Origin: Octopus bimaculoides
Taxonomy: Eukaryota
Assembly (NCBI RefSeq): GCF_001194135.2
Contig: NC_068987.1
Location: 48,719,746 to 48,783,745, forward strand
Direction: 5' to 3'
Length of the DNA stretch: 64,000 nucleotides
Shown here: piece after piece, positions 13,838 through 27,585 of the stretch
How the letters are laid out: every line of letters begins with the position of its first letter
Numbering within the stretch: the stretch's first letter is position 1
Made by a program: the position numbers and the translations under genes
The notes under the pieces: generated by a model
Told to the model about the DNA's origin: nothing
Databases searched by the model: none
Seen by the model: only the letters and a program-made list of their open reading frames with translations

Positions 13838-14230
13838 TTTGACAATGCAAAAACCCACCTTTTTGCTTAAACATTTCATGTTGAAATACATTTTTTCCAT
13901 GGCCAAATGTATATCATTTGAAAGTTCTGAATGCGAACTTTCTTCTCATACTTTTGATCGCAATCCAACACCTACATTTGCCAGATCCCCCCAATCACCA
14001 CCATATTTCCACCCATTCTCAATGTTTAAAATAGGACAAACCTTGTGAATAGGTGGAAATATGAGAGTGAGGTTGACTTGGCATGATATGTAAGTGTTGG
14101 ATTGTGATCAAAAGTATATGAGAAAAAAAGTTCACATTGAAAACTTTCAAATGATATAAAATTATACACAGAAAGAATGAATTTTGACATGAAAATGATC
14201 AAGCAAAAAGTGAGATTTTGCATGAGCAAA
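13838..14230. mobile_element. ~390-bp palindromic MITE-like element (~170-bp arms)
   Basis: Arms are reverse complements (TCATTTGAAAG / CTTTCAAATGA; CATACTTTTGATCGCAATCCAACAC / GTGTTGGATTGTGATCAAAAGTATATG). Opposite-strand ORFs 13839-14048 and 14026-14229 give near-identical translations. Confidence 0.8.
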
Positions 14231-15128
14231 CTGTGTGCGTTGCTCCTATGGAGCTCTGTAGGGATACCTATTAAATGTATTGTAAAGCTCTAAATTTACA
14301 GAGAAGATTCAGTTTTAATACCCCTGTATCAGTGTATCATTACAAGTAATGGATCATAATATAGCCATGTCTGAAAATGCATGAAAAGCTTGTGACAGCC
14401 TTTAATTACTGCAATTTAATCGGAGTTTTGGATTAAGATAAGTTGGATTTTCTCCATTTTGACAGGGATTTTTCCAGATTTTTGTTTTCACCACACCCAT
14501 TGAAGTGATGGTGGGAAGCTTATCCCCTCCTCCCTTTGGACTAATTTTGTTTGCACTATGCACTTGAAAATGATGGGAGAAGCCTTTTTGGTAAAAAGAA
14601 AAGAATTCTTGAAAACATTTTCAGGTGAATAGGTGTGTGATTTAAGGGAGATTTAGCTGTTGTTTCGAGCACTTCCCATGACCACCTGGTACCTTCTTTG
14701 TTTCTTTGTCACTCTGACATGTATTGATATTTTTAAATATTTTTCTCTTCATAAACACATTTTATGAAATGATGATGTGGAAGTAACAGTTTTGTTTAGC
14801 CTAACAGTGGTCCATTGCTGGGATTTATGCAATGACAGAAATAAAAAATTTGCGAATTTAAATTTATAATCTACTCTTGCATCAAATGGAGTTTGTGTGT
14901 CTGTGTGTGAGTAAAAAAAAATGTATTTACTAACAGAAAAGTATGCTATTGAAATAAATTGTTTTACATAACTTTTTATAAATCACTGAATAAATTCCAG
15001 TAATGATATTCTCAGGCTCTCCAATATTTTAAAATTACAAAAAATTACAAACAAAGGTGGTGGTGTCTGAAAAAACAAATTAAAACAAAAAATGTTTTTT
15101 TTAATAGCATACTTTTCTTTTTTTTTAC

Positions 15129-15129
<1 letters not shown>

Positions 15130-15176
<47 letters not shown>
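15130..15176. repeat. (CA)n microsatellite
   Basis: Direct reading. Others at ~32940-33018, 42288-42320 and 42980-43035; (GA)n at 43460-43500; (TA)n at 19742-19781 and 21792-21826. Confidence 0.95.
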
Positions 15177-15179
<3 letters not shown>

Positions 15180-18100
15180 GATTCACTTGGTGCCAACTGG
15201 GTGGAGGGAAGAAACATGGAAAAGTACCAGGTGTTCTTGAGATGGACTAGACACAACAGCTAAAAACCTCCCTTAAATCACACTTTTTTGTCTGAAAATA
15301 TTTTCTAAAGTGGTTTGTACCTTTGGATTTATTTTGGTCTGAAAATACATGAAAAGCTTATGCTTGCATTGTGAAATTGACTGTATATTACATGCAACAA
15401 AATAGGCTTCACATAAATACTTTAAAAAATTGCCAAAAAAAAAAGTTCAAAAACCAGGAAAAAAATGGCAACTGCTACCTCATGGACACTATTAATTTGT
15501 GTAATTTTAAGATGATTTGTGTAATTCAAAGATACATCACAAATATGGCTAATTATTCATTTAGGCCTAATTAGGCAAGATTTTAACCAATTCCCTGATC
15601 TAATATTCATCCAAATTTCACAAATGAGGTATCAGAATGTTTTTTTTTTTATGGATGTTCTCCAAGGAAAAGTACAGTAGAAGTTAGATTTAAATATTTA
15701 AAAAAATTCATAGTGATACCTAATTACATGTTACTCCTATTACTAGGTAGCTAGTATTACAAGTCAAACTAATACTAATTTTAACCAGTAATACTAGTAA
15801 AATTTGTTTTACTAATTGCTATGCCTTAAATGTTAGATTTTTAGTAGGGAGGGCATCACCTAATTCCTTCTTGATTAAGCCTTCCAAAGAGAGGGATAAT
15901 GAGGTTGAAGTAACTGAGTAAAATTAGTGTATTTTTGATGTTTAATTAAGATTTTTGGAAGAAACATACCCAGCCAGAGATTATTCTGAGAAGGGTTGTT
16001 TGAAAAGTTGAAACAGTCAGATGAATTTTATGTGGTGAGGAAGAAGTCTGACATTTCAGGCATAACCCTTTGATGGAAAATGAAAAGTCAGTTGGTGTTG
16101 AAGGATAAATAAATTTGTATTAGGAAAAGGGAGAAAGAGATAAGGGGGAAAGATAGGTAACATATTTATTGGAGGAGGGGTAATGGTCAAGCACAAGGAG
16201 AAAATATAAAGGAGCTTTTAATCTCTTTGTTATTGTATTTCTGTTTCACTTAATTTTGAAAATAATTCAACTGTTATTAAAATGATATTTGAAATGTAAC
16301 TCAACATAAAATTTTAATGGGAAGTTTTAATTTAGGTTACTTTGAAGAGGAAGTTTGTATTATAGAACCAGAGGTGGTCTCAGGCAGATTGGTATCAACA
16401 AGGTTAACTGATTTGAAAAACTTTGAGAGTGGAAAAAAGAAAATGACTGGAAAACATGGGCATAAGTTGTTTAATTAAGGAATGTGTGAGGAGTGGAGAA
16501 TTGATTGTAATGACACCTGTATATCATTTACTGAATGGTATATATGTACCACTTAAATTGGGTAACACTGGAATTTACTCCTACATAGTCTGAAGCTTGT
16601 AGCAACCGGCAACCTTTGCCACCACAACTCCCTTTCATTTGGTTTTTCATAATTGCATTGTGCTTGAACATTTGTCTTTGAATGCCTTTGATCTTGCTGC
16701 AATTTTGAGCATTTTAGAGTGTAACTTCCATGTTTTTTTTTGTTTTTTTTAAAATACTATTTTTGTCATCACTGTGGTAGTGGATGGCAGAATCAGTAAA
16801 GCATTCAACAAAATACCTTGTAGTATTTGATTAAGTTCTGTATGCAGTGTGGAACTGATAAAAATTGTTGGGTTCATAGAATCAGTTATATACTTTTGAA
16901 GATGAAGTTCCAGCATGGTCACAGGACTGTAAAAGAATCACCGAGTGAAAATGTTCTCACATGCTAAACACATTTGAGGTAATCTAGAATTAAGTGACCT
17001 GCTCAGTTACAAAATGAAATGTCTTTAGTGGATATGATCTTGTGGCTTGTTACTTGGTAATCATATACATTACAATCTCAAGCATCTAAACTGACCATAT
17101 CCAGCCTGAACATTCTATCTGTTTTCTTGTTTTATGTTTAAACTTACCAGATCCAGCTTCTCACACCTGTCCTACAATGTCTGTCTAAAAAATAATCACC
17201 TCATTGAAATCTTGAAACTACAAAATAATGTAAGATTAATTCAAAACAATGCGAATGAATAAGCATTACATTTGGCAGAATAATCTAAATGCTAAAAGGT
17301 TATGGGTTACAAAAGTAGGCCAGCAAAGAATTTTCAAGATTGTCATTCCAGCTGGAAATAACCAAATACATATCCCTTAAATTACATCCTATTGTCTCTA
17401 TGAAAAAAAAAATGCCTAAGAAAAAGATGAGATGATCATGGCTAGAACACCTTTGTTTCTAGGTTTGCTTGATGTGGACTGACATAGGACTAAATAACAA
17501 AGGCTGCAAAACAGAACATTTACAAAATCTAATTGAAACGTTATCATTTTAACATTTTTCTATGCTTGCATGTGTCAGTTTATTGAGGCAGATTTTCTAT
17601 GACCAGATGTCCTTCTTGTCACCAACTCTCACCTGTTTTCAAGTAAGGTAACATTTCTCCATGTCCAGACACCTTTTCACAGAATACTGTCAACAAATGA
17701 CTCTACATCCATCATGCACTATCAAGGCAAGGAGACAAATAAAGACACATGACAGGCTTCTTTCAGTTTCCATCTATCTAATGCACTCACAAGTCTTAGG
17801 TTGATCAGGGCTGTAATAGAAGACACCCAAGGTTCCATGCAGTGGGACAGGATTGAACCTGAAATCATGTGGTTTGTGCCTGTACCAATAGCCTTCTTGT
17901 TAGTTAATTTTGTTCTTATCTTCCTTGTCTGCTGCAGATCATTTCTGTTATTCCTGTTTGACTAACTACAACATTCTCAACTGTGATTTACAAGCTCTAT
18001 GCTTTATATTTCTAACTACAAGTGTTGCTGATTGAGCTATCAAGTTCTAATGACTCATGTAATCTGTTATGATCCAAAAAGTACCAATTAGTCAGGGGTG

Positions 18101-18722
18101 ATTGCCTCTTTAGTAATTTGTGATTAAAACCTGTTGTTTTCACTTCTGGGCCTCTCATTGCTTTGTTCATTCTCTTTCAGTTTATTACACTTGCTGTTAA
18201 TTGCCAACAATTTTGGAGCTAGTGGATCACTGCATTGTATTTAGCACAGAGTAATAGTCTAATATAAAGCTCTTCACTTCACTTATTCTGCTTGCAACTT
18301 CTCTGTGGTAGAATGGTGGTGGGAGACAGGACTTGCAAGCAAGAATAAAAGATAAGGATCTACGTATATAAAATGCATTAAGTCTTTTTTAGTAGCAGTT
18401 CTTATGAGTTTGTAATTAGATACGACGGCTACCAATAACTTTGATAAATATTTATAGTTGTTTGTTTCTGTTGCTCTCTGCTTTTACTACTATGGCAATT
18501 TGAGAATTTCTAACCTCGGGCTGCATTTTAAATTGTCTCTCAATTATTACATCTTGATATATAACTCTATCTTATTAAAATGGAATAGAACAAGGAAGAA
18601 AAATATAGAAAAAGAAAACTTTTTCTTCTTTTAAGCCAAAAGAGTTTTGTATATTGGTGTGACATGAGATGCCAAAAAAATGTAATTTTTGGTCAGGTTT
18701 CTTTAATGGATATTCTGATTCT

Positions 18723-19315
18723 CCTGAAAGGTTCTGCCTGAAACATTATTTCTTCTCACAACGCATAAACATTCCTTACATTTTTTCCTTTTTTATGTTG
18801 AATTGATTTGTGCCTTTGCTGAGAACCACTAGTTGCTTCATGCTCTTGTAATTATAATTTAGTCATTATTAACCCTTTAAATACCAAACCATCTGAGACT
18901 GCCTCTGGTTCTGCTATAAAACTGTTCAAAAGTATTCATATCTAATGCCAAAGCTTCTATTTAGTGTTATGTAAGAGCTTTAAACATGCTACGTTTCAAA
19001 CACNNNNNNNNNNNNNNNNNNNNNNNNNNNNNNNCCTGAAAGGTTCTGCCTGAAACATTATTTCTTCTCACAACGCATAAACATTCCTTACATTTTTTCC
19101 TTTTTTATGTTGAATTGATTTGTGCCTTTGCTGAGAACCACTAGTTGCTTCATGCTCTTGTAATTATAATTTAGTCATTATTAACCCTTTAAATACCAAA
19201 CCATCTGAGACTGCCTCTGGTTCTGCTATAAAACTGTTCAAAAGTATTCATATCTAATGCCAAAGCTTCTATTTAGTGTTATGTAAGAGCTTTAAACATG
19301 CTACGTTTCAAACAC
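18723..19315. other. 281-bp exact duplication across an N gap (uncollapsed contig overlap)
   Basis: 18723-19003 is identical to 19035-19315, separated only by 31 N. Confidence 0.85.
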
Positions 19316-19737
19316 CAGCTTAACACTGAAAACTGGAGCTATTTTTACTAAATCTTTTCAATACTTTTATTATTTTGTAAATCATTTGAAACACAATGGT
19401 AGGGTATTTCATTGGAAATAAGGTCACAAAATGGTAAAGGAAAGGAAAAACTAAAGAATGAAGCTGTTCTTTATTTTGCTGGTACTTTTTTAGTTCATGC
19501 ATTTGATTGAAAAAATTAACCTTGTGTCTTTGGTGAATAACCGTTCTCTATAATCTTTATTTCTGTTCATGACATATGGATGCAGATGTGGCTATGTAGT
19601 CAAGAAACTTGCTTTCCAATTGTCTGATTTTGGTTTCAGTCCCTCTGCATGGCACCTTGGGCAAGTGTCTTGTTTTCTATTCCTGTGCTGACCAAAGCCT
19701 TGTGAGTGGATTCAGGATACAGAAACTGAATGAAGCT

Positions 19738-19774
<37 letters not shown>

Positions 19775-19775
<1 letters not shown>

Positions 19776-21649
19776 ATATATAGAAAAGAACAGAAATGGG
19801 GCAATAAATAACAATGAAAAGTTGATCATTGGTATTAAAAGGTCATAGTTTAATTGTAGTTCAGAACCATTTACAGCTGTTTCTGTTTATCAAATCAAAG
19901 TAAATTTGCATTTATCTCGTTCCATTTAACAAACATTGTCAGAATGATTTAGAGGAATATAAATAGGAGAAAAAGGGAAATGAAAGGAAAAGGAAAAGGC
20001 AAAAGAAAAAGGAAGAAGTTTAGGCTTACATTTTAGTGACTTTTTGGGTACCACGTGTGTGTACGTTTCTTCAGACTTGTTGACTGGCGGTGTTAGTCAA
20101 AGGATTTATACCTGGTGGAGATATCCAGTGTTGTTAATTATAATATATAGTGCTGTCAGTGACTGATAGGTTTAGTCCCTATGGTTACAATTAATGCCCT
20201 TGTTAAAAACTAAGGATGCTTTTTAAAGTTAGTATGATATAATGTATATATATGGGCTTCGTAAAGGAATAATAAAAAGGGTAAATAAATAAAAATCAAT
20301 AAAAATATAACATTTTCTGAGTCGGCAATTTAGCTTTAAAGTGAATATATTATAGTGGATTATATGCCCTGGTATACGACATCTAATTTTAAATAGATAG
20401 TTTGGTTAATTGGGAGAAATGAGAAATTTTTCATTTTAATGGCCAAATCAGAATTACTTAATAAACAAATCATGTTTGCATTAAGATAAATTCTTATTCT
20501 CTAAATACCATTAATACCCACATTATAGGTTACTGGCTGACCTGCCTAACATCTTATTACCTCCCCTAACCATCCCACTTACCACAGAGCATAATTTAAC
20601 ATCACATCACAATTTTAAATTAATTTACCCCAATTAACCGAACTATCTATTTAAAATTCTACATTGTACAGCAGGGCATATAAACCTCTATAATATATCC
20701 ACTTTAAAGCTTGATTGCCGACTCTCATAACATGTTATATTTTTATTTATTTTTATTTATTTACTCTTTACCTTTTTTATTATTCCTTTACAAAGCCCAT
20801 ATATATACATTATGTCGTACTCACTTCGAAAAGCATCCTTAGTTTTTAACAAGGGCATTAATTGTAATCATAGGGACTAACCTAGCGGCCACTAACAGTG
20901 TTGTCGTCTTCTTCATCATCATCATCGTCGTTTAATGTCTGCTTTCCATGCTAGCATGGGTTGGACGATTTGACTGAGGACTGGTGGACCAGGAGGCGAC
21001 ACCAGGCTCCAATCTGATTTGGCAGAGTTTCTACAGCTGGATGCCCTTCCTAACGCCAACCACTCCAAGAGTGTAGTGGGTGCTTTTGTGTGCCACCGGC
21101 ATGAGGGCCAGTCAGGCGGGTACTGGCGACGGCCACGCTCGAAATGGTGTATTTTACGTGTTACCTGCACAGGAGCCAGTTCATCGGCACTGGCAACGAT
21201 CTCGCTCAAATGTCTTTCCACGTGCCACTGGCACAAGTGTCCATGCTGGTGCTGTTTACGTGCCACTGGCATGGAAGCCAGACAGTTGCTCTGGCAATGA
21301 TCGCGCTTGGACGGTGCTCTTAGTGCTCCACTGTTACAAGTGCCATCACGATTTCACACACATATGGAACCCAAAAGTTCACTAAAATTTAAGCCTAAAG
21401 ATTTAATGAACTTTTTCCTTTTTCTTTTGCCTTTTCCTTTTCATTTGCCTTTTTCTCTTATTTATATTCCTCTAAATCATTTTGACGATGTTTGTTAAAT
21501 GGAAAAAGATAAATGCAAATTTACTTTGATTTGATAAGCAGAAACAGCTGTAAATGGTTCTGAACTACAATTAAACTATGACCTTTTAATACCAATGATC
21601 AACTTTTCATTGTTATCTATTGCTTCATTTCTGTTCTTTTCTATATATA
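19775..21649. mobile_element. Foldback element with ~640-bp inverted arms and a ~214-bp loop; right arm interrupted by an RTE 3' UTR
   Basis: 19775-20062 pairs with 21355-21649 and 20148-20414 pairs with 20629-~20900, roughly 85-90% identity by eye. TA-rich termini. Confidence 0.85.
20911..21345 (-). mobile_element. RTE LINE 3' UTR fragment (5'-truncated) inserted in the foldback
   Basis: (CAT)n tail plus GC-rich ACTGGC/GCCAGT subrepeats match 58860-59298 in reverse. Confidence 0.85.
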
Positions 21650-21788
21650 TTAAACCACGGTTTTACCTTTAAATTGCCAACTACTGTATACCTTTTAGCT
21701 AGGACTATACATAGTTAGGTAATACACCAGTAGTGCCTACGGATTTATTTATCCCTTAGATGGTTACATAACCTCTAACTCATAATTT

Positions 21789-21830
<42 letters not shown>

Positions 21831-22330
21831 CATTGGTTATCATCATACATGTGGTGTCCTTTATTTTCAATATTCCATTATTTCCAATATTAAGTATATA
21901 TTCAATCCACTCAGTATTTGGAGCCAACTTCGCTTTTCATCCTTCCTAGGCATATAAAATGAGTACGTAATTGTTTATAGTTCTCTATGACAGTTAGCCA
22001 TTTGCCAATGTAAATTATTGGGACAAATGCTGTACCTATGGTCCAACTTAGATCTTTGATGTGTTTCATTACAATTATTCTACAAGGATAGGAAGGATTA
22101 TGAAACTTGCTAACTTTGCTTCATACAAATATAATGTCTAGGGCTGAAGAAATATCACAACCTGTAGTTCAAATTCTACTGAGGTTGACTGTCTTTCATG
22201 ATATAAATATTTGAAAAAAATCTTTGACTAAGTAGGTGAAGAAATTAAACAAATATCTAAGGTGATGTCAGTAAATGAAAACAGAGAGAAACGATATTGT
22301 ATTTTATATTATCTTACCCAGGTTGTTTAA

Positions 22331-23044
22331 CCTTCTCCACACTGTTGTCTCAATTTGTCACCCACAAGTTTTCTCCCCTGTAGCTGCAGGTGCATTTTGT
22401 TACCTTGAGAAGGGAACGTAAAACAAACACATTGCTAAATTTATTTCTGGTACTTTAAGCTGTCAGTAGGCTACTTTTGATTTAGAGTGAGGTTAAACTT
22501 CCATTTTCTGATGCCATTTTTATTGTTTATATACTAACCATGAGGTAATCAAGCTTTGAAATTGAACATAGTTTTTTTTTACTTTTTACCAAGCAAAAAT
22601 GGCTGCTCCTGCTTTTGAAGCTTTTCTAGAAGAAATCTTGTTTGATTCTGACTCAGATGATGATTTTGATGGATTTACTCAGGCAGATGTCAATGGTGAA
22701 ATTGTTTGAGGTGATGCTGAGGACATAGACTGTGCTTACAGTTATATTGGGGATGATGTATCAAGTGGATACTATCATTCATGGCTGGCTGATTTAAGGA
22801 AAGTACTGGCCCCAAGGAGGTAGATTTCTGAGGGGCAACTCTTTCATTTGTTTCTTAATGCATTACATAAAAATATTATTCATCTATTCCTTTATTAGTA
22901 TATAAAAAAAAAATCAAGTCTGTATACACAATTCAAAGAAAGTTATAACAATTTTAAAACAGTAGATGCTCATGTCTTTTGTTCCCTCAAAAATAATGCA
23001 GTTACAGGGAAAACTATTCTGGGGACAAATCAGTGTGCTAAAGG
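22331..23044 (+). mobile_element. Internally deleted piggyBac-like element
   Basis: TTAA at 22327-22330 and 23045-23048. Imperfect TIRs CCTTCTCCACACTGTT / reverse complement CCTTTAGCACACTGAT (12/16). Internal acidic N-terminal remnant from ATG 22599: MAAPAFEAFLEEILFDSDSDDDFDGFTQAD. Confidence 0.6.
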
Positions 23045-23902
23045 TTAATAATCTTATAATATTTTGAGAAAGATTGCCCCTTTTCAAATACAAGAAAGAA
23101 GAAAAAGAGTTCATAGAAGTACTGACAGGCCAGTAATACAATATCTTTGCCCTTTGTTTCCATCTATTGCATCATGTAACATATTTTGCTTTAACCTACT
23201 TTTAACCTAAAGGTTCCTCAAACATTTATGTCATTTACACACATTGCAATGCTTCAAGTAAATTATAATACCTTTTTGTCTTGCATCTTTTCAGGGTTGA
23301 TAAGGTAAAAGCTAGTCAATTGCTTGGGCTGATTTAAGTGACTTTATCCTTCCAAAATTTGTTGTTGAACTTCCAATAGAAACCATCATCATCATTATTA
23401 TTCTTTATTATGCTAAATTATTTGGGACAACTTAACCTTTCATTCATTTAGGTGTGGGGTCAAAGATATAATCAACATTCATTTACTGAGATTAAGTTGA
23501 CTGCTAGTCTACAACAAATTTGCTTCATGTACCACTGTGATAAATTGTCTCATTGACTATCATTAACTAATTATCTTTACAACCTAAAAATTAATATGTA
23601 CTGGTAACAATCTGGTAGAATTGTTTGTGTTGGAGAGACTGCCTTGCATATTTCTGTTGCCTCTTTTTGAATTCAAATCCGTGAATGTCAATTTTACTTT
23701 TGTGAACAAGGTGAGCAAGGCTTGAATAAAAGAGCATTAGACTATGCCTGCAAGCTGGACAATTCTACTGGGAAAGGACCCTTTGTTAGTCAGAGTAATC
23801 CTGTACCTGAATACACTATCTTCTGTCAATTTCACTGGTTCCTTGATGGTAGGTTCTAGGTGGTAGTTCTACTTTTAGGACATTAATATATCTTGTACAT
23901 TA

Positions 23903-24295
23903 CTCTTTTACTTGTTTCAGTCATTTGACTGCGGCCATGCTGGAGCAAATTGACCCCAATACTTATTCTTTGTAAGCCTAGTACTTATTCTATCAATTTC
24001 TTTTGCCGAACCGCTAAGTTACGGGGACGTAAACACACCAGCATTGGTTGTCAAGCGATGTTGGGGGGACAAACACACACACACACACACACGCACACAC
24101 ACATATATATATACACATATACATATATACAACGGGCTTCTTTCAGTTTCTGTCTATCAAATCCACTCACAAGGCTTTCGTCGGCCCGAGGCTATAGTAG
24201 AAGACACTTGCCCAAGGTGCCACACAGTGGGACTGAACCTGGAACTATGTAGTTGGTAAGCAAACTACTTACCACACAGCCACTCCTGTGCTTAT
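23903..24295 (-). mobile_element. Full-length SINE (family B head, CA/TA linker, second tail type), little diverged
   Basis: Reverse complement reads head GAGTGGCTGTGTGGTAAGTAGTTTGCTTACCAACTAC..., then a microsatellite, then a tail ending CCAGCATGGCCGCAGTCAAATGACTGAAACAAGTAAAAGAGT. CpGs retained. Confidence 0.85.
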
Positions 24296-24304
24296 GTATA
24301 TGCT

Positions 24305-24347
<43 letters not shown>

Positions 24348-24429
24348 AAATTTCAGTGTAAGCTTCCATTCTGAACCACTTCTTGCATTCGTCAAACTTG
24401 CAGCAAGAAAAGAATTATTATTAATGAAA

Positions 24430-25090
24430 GTGGTGAAAGGCAGCAACCTGGCAGAAATGTTAGCATGCTGGGCAAAATGCTTAGTGGTATTTTGTCTGTC
24501 TACACATTCTGAGTTCAAACTCCGCTGAGGTTGATTTTGCCTTTTATCCTTTCGGGGTCGATAAATTAAGTACCAGTTGTGTACTGAGGTTGACCTAATC
24601 GACTGCCCCCCCACACACACACATACATGTAATTTCAAGCGTGATGCCTAGAGTAGAAAAGATTATTATTTTTGAAAGTGGTGAGCTAGCAGAATCATTA
24701 GCGCATCATACAAAATGCTTAGAGGCATTTTCTTCTGACTCTTTACATTCTGAGTCCTGCTGAGTCAACTTTACTTTTCATCCTTTTAGGGTTGATAAAA
24801 TAAAGTACCAGTTCAGCATTGGAGTTGCTGTAATTGATTATATCCCTCCTTTCAAATTGCTAGCCTTAACCCAAAATTTGAAACAATTACTATTAGCTGG
24901 ACAGTGAGCTAGCAAAATTGTTAGCATGCGAGACAAAATACTTAGCAGCATTTCATCTGCCTAGTTCTTAGTTTAAATTTCATCCTTTTGGAGTAGATGA
25001 AATAAATACCAGTTGAGCACTGATGTTGACATAATTGACTAAACCCCTGCCTTCAAAATTTCAGGTCTTGTGCCTATAATAGATTATTAT
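24430..25090 (+). mobile_element. Head-to-tail train of 3 'family D' SINEs with (ATT)n tails
   Basis: Units start ~24436, 24675 and 24897 (GAGCTAGCAGAATC.TTAGC...AAAATGCTTAG...TTCTGAGTTCAAA...GATAAA.TAAGTACCAGTT), each ending in ATTATT. Confidence 0.8.
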
Positions 25091-27328
25091 TGTTGTTTTT
25101 ATTGTAAATGTCATTAGCTTGTTAGCTGCATTTAGAACACAGTGCCTTACCTCACATCAACTACCATTATGTAATAAATAACTGGAAAATTTGTATTGTA
25201 AGCAAATCCATTGTTTTGATGAAACTAAATAGCAGAGTATTGACTTTCATTAGAAGCAAATATAGAAATTAAAGCAGAAAGTAAACATTTATTTGTTATT
25301 AGTTGCTAGTATAGTGGTGGCAGAGCTGTATATCAACAGCTGTAGTGGCTGGAGGGTGTTACATTGAAGTATTTTATCAAACAATATTGATTGTAACTTA
25401 TAAGTCTCTGTTTGTCTGTCTGTCTCTCCCCCACCCCTCTCTCATTTTTGTTTTTTTGCTTTTGTATTAATTCTGTCCCATGAGCTGTTGAAGCACTGGA
25501 CAAATTGTTCTGGCAGAAATGGCTTAGGTTAATAAGTTTTCATTACCAGATAAACAGATTTATGTCATCTGTTTTCAAATCTCACTAGTAAATTAAATAT
25601 ATTCAATAGTTACCAGGTAGTGGTATATTAGGGAAAGGTGTATAATTTTTAACTATATGACAATTACAGGCATGACCATGTGGTTGAGTTTGCTTCCCAA
25701 GCACATGGTTTCAGGTTCAATCCCATTGTATGTTATTTTGGGCAAGTGTCTGCTTCTATAACTCTGGACTGACAAAAACCTTGCGAGTGGATTTGGTAGA
25801 TGGAAACTGAAGGAAACCTATCAAGTGTGTGTGGGTGTATGTCTGTCATTATTCAGTTTTATTTCAAGATTTCTTGCCAATAGGGAAAGAGCCGGTTTCT
25901 AACCTAGATTCAAGTCTCCTTCATTGGAATTTCAAAAACAAGCTATTTTTGTTTGTATGTATGCGTATGTGCAGATTTGTTTTTTTTGTTTTGTTTTATT
26001 TATGTATTTTCATGCATATAGTTCCATATCTAAATATACTCATATATACTTAAATGGTAAACTTCTGGAAAATTTTACAGATTTCCACAGTATTCACACA
26101 AAAATCAAAAATAAATTTTGTGTATGTGGAAAAAATTTCATATTAATCTTTTGCATAATGCTCATAGTTTGTTAAAATGGGGAAAATGATATGCAGCCTG
26201 CTGTTGGTTATGCATAAATTATAAGTTTCATAATTTCTAACTTTGGCCGTTGCGGAGGGGAAAATTTTTTTTTTTCTTGCTAGAAAGAAATAGAAAAACT
26301 TTAACTGGTGAAATGTATTGGGACATGGATTCCTTAAGGGAACAAATATTCAGTAATGTTGAAAACCTAAATTTGCTTCCAAGAAACCGCAGCGTTACTT
26401 GTCCAAAAAATGATTTTCCCCTCTGCAACATTTTAAGGCCTTTCAGTTTTTTTAGTTCTTGCACAAAAGGCTTATTCAGAACTTGCATTTGAAAACTTTT
26501 ATTTTTAGGCCAGATCTACTCAATAATATTTTCAAAATGGCCATTTTTCTGTTCTGTCCAAGGTACATAAGTATTTTTTTGTTGCGGAGGGGAAGTCTGT
26601 TGCAGAAAAAGTGTGAAGTCCAGATCTTATCTAAAGTGGTGATAATAGCTATTGTAGTTTCAATGATATATTTCATTTTGATGTGAATTTAAACTTTCAA
26701 GAGAGACTAGCAGACCATAAATGCTCAAAAGTGTGTTAATGGCCAATGAAAATAAGCTTGATGTGACTTTCTGCCTGCAGAATGATCCTCTGAAACTACA
26801 ATATTTGTATAAATATGCATATATTATGTCTATATTATAGATTGAAACAAGTGGATTGATCAAACAAAAGCCAAATTTAATATATATCTGGCTGTTGGAA
26901 AACTACATTTTTAATAGTGACTATAATTCCAAACTTTTAACCAATAAACAAAAGCCAAAATCCAAAGTATGACCATTCAAATGAATGCTCATGATGAGTT
27001 TAATTAAACAGAGTAATTGTAAATCTGAAGATAAGTGAAAAAAAGAAAGTCTTGGCAGTGAAATCATGACAGCGCAGTTTACTGCATTTTTTCTCTTGAA
27101 TACCAACATTTTGCAAGTCTGATAAGTACTTGAACATTGTTTATGGACTTGACTTTTGATACATCTTTTTATTCATTCTAGCTCTAGATTAGGCACCAGT
27201 TTTCTTTCCTTGTTTTGTGAGCACGGGCACTAGTTCACCATATTTGTTGCATTATGGGATAGTGCCAGACCATGTGCTTTCTTCAAAATAGCTGACTTGT
27301 TGTACTTGTGAGTACTCTGGTTTAAACA

Positions 27329-27541
27329 ATGGCTTCTAGTACAGAAAGAAGTAAGAAGTGATCCTATCAAACTTGAAGAGCACAAGAAAAAAAAAAAAAA
27401 GACNNNNNNNNNNNNNNNNNNNNNNNNNNNNNNNNNNNNNNNNNNNNNNNNNNNNNNNNNNNNNNNNNNNNNNNNNNNNNNNNNNNNNNNNNNNNNNNNN
27501 NNNNNNNNNNNNNNNNNNNNNNNNNNNNNNNNNNNNNNNNN

Positions 27542-27585
<44 letters not shown>

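Noticed and set aside
14800-14906. Candidate BMPR1 signal-peptide exon (AG...GTGAGT)
   Set aside because: No open hydrophobic reading frame ends in phase 1. Candidates near 18181 and 29700-29781 also have in-frame stops or no credible donor, so the first coding exon is not called.
18723-19315. 281-bp tandem duplication
   Set aside because: Identical copies separated only by Ns, typical of an uncollapsed contig overlap. The same applies to the short repeat around the gap at 53297-53306.
20061-20900. AT-rich tract resembling a mitochondrial control-region NUMT
   Set aside because: It is explained by the foldback arms, and no mitochondrial gene or tRNA is recognisable.
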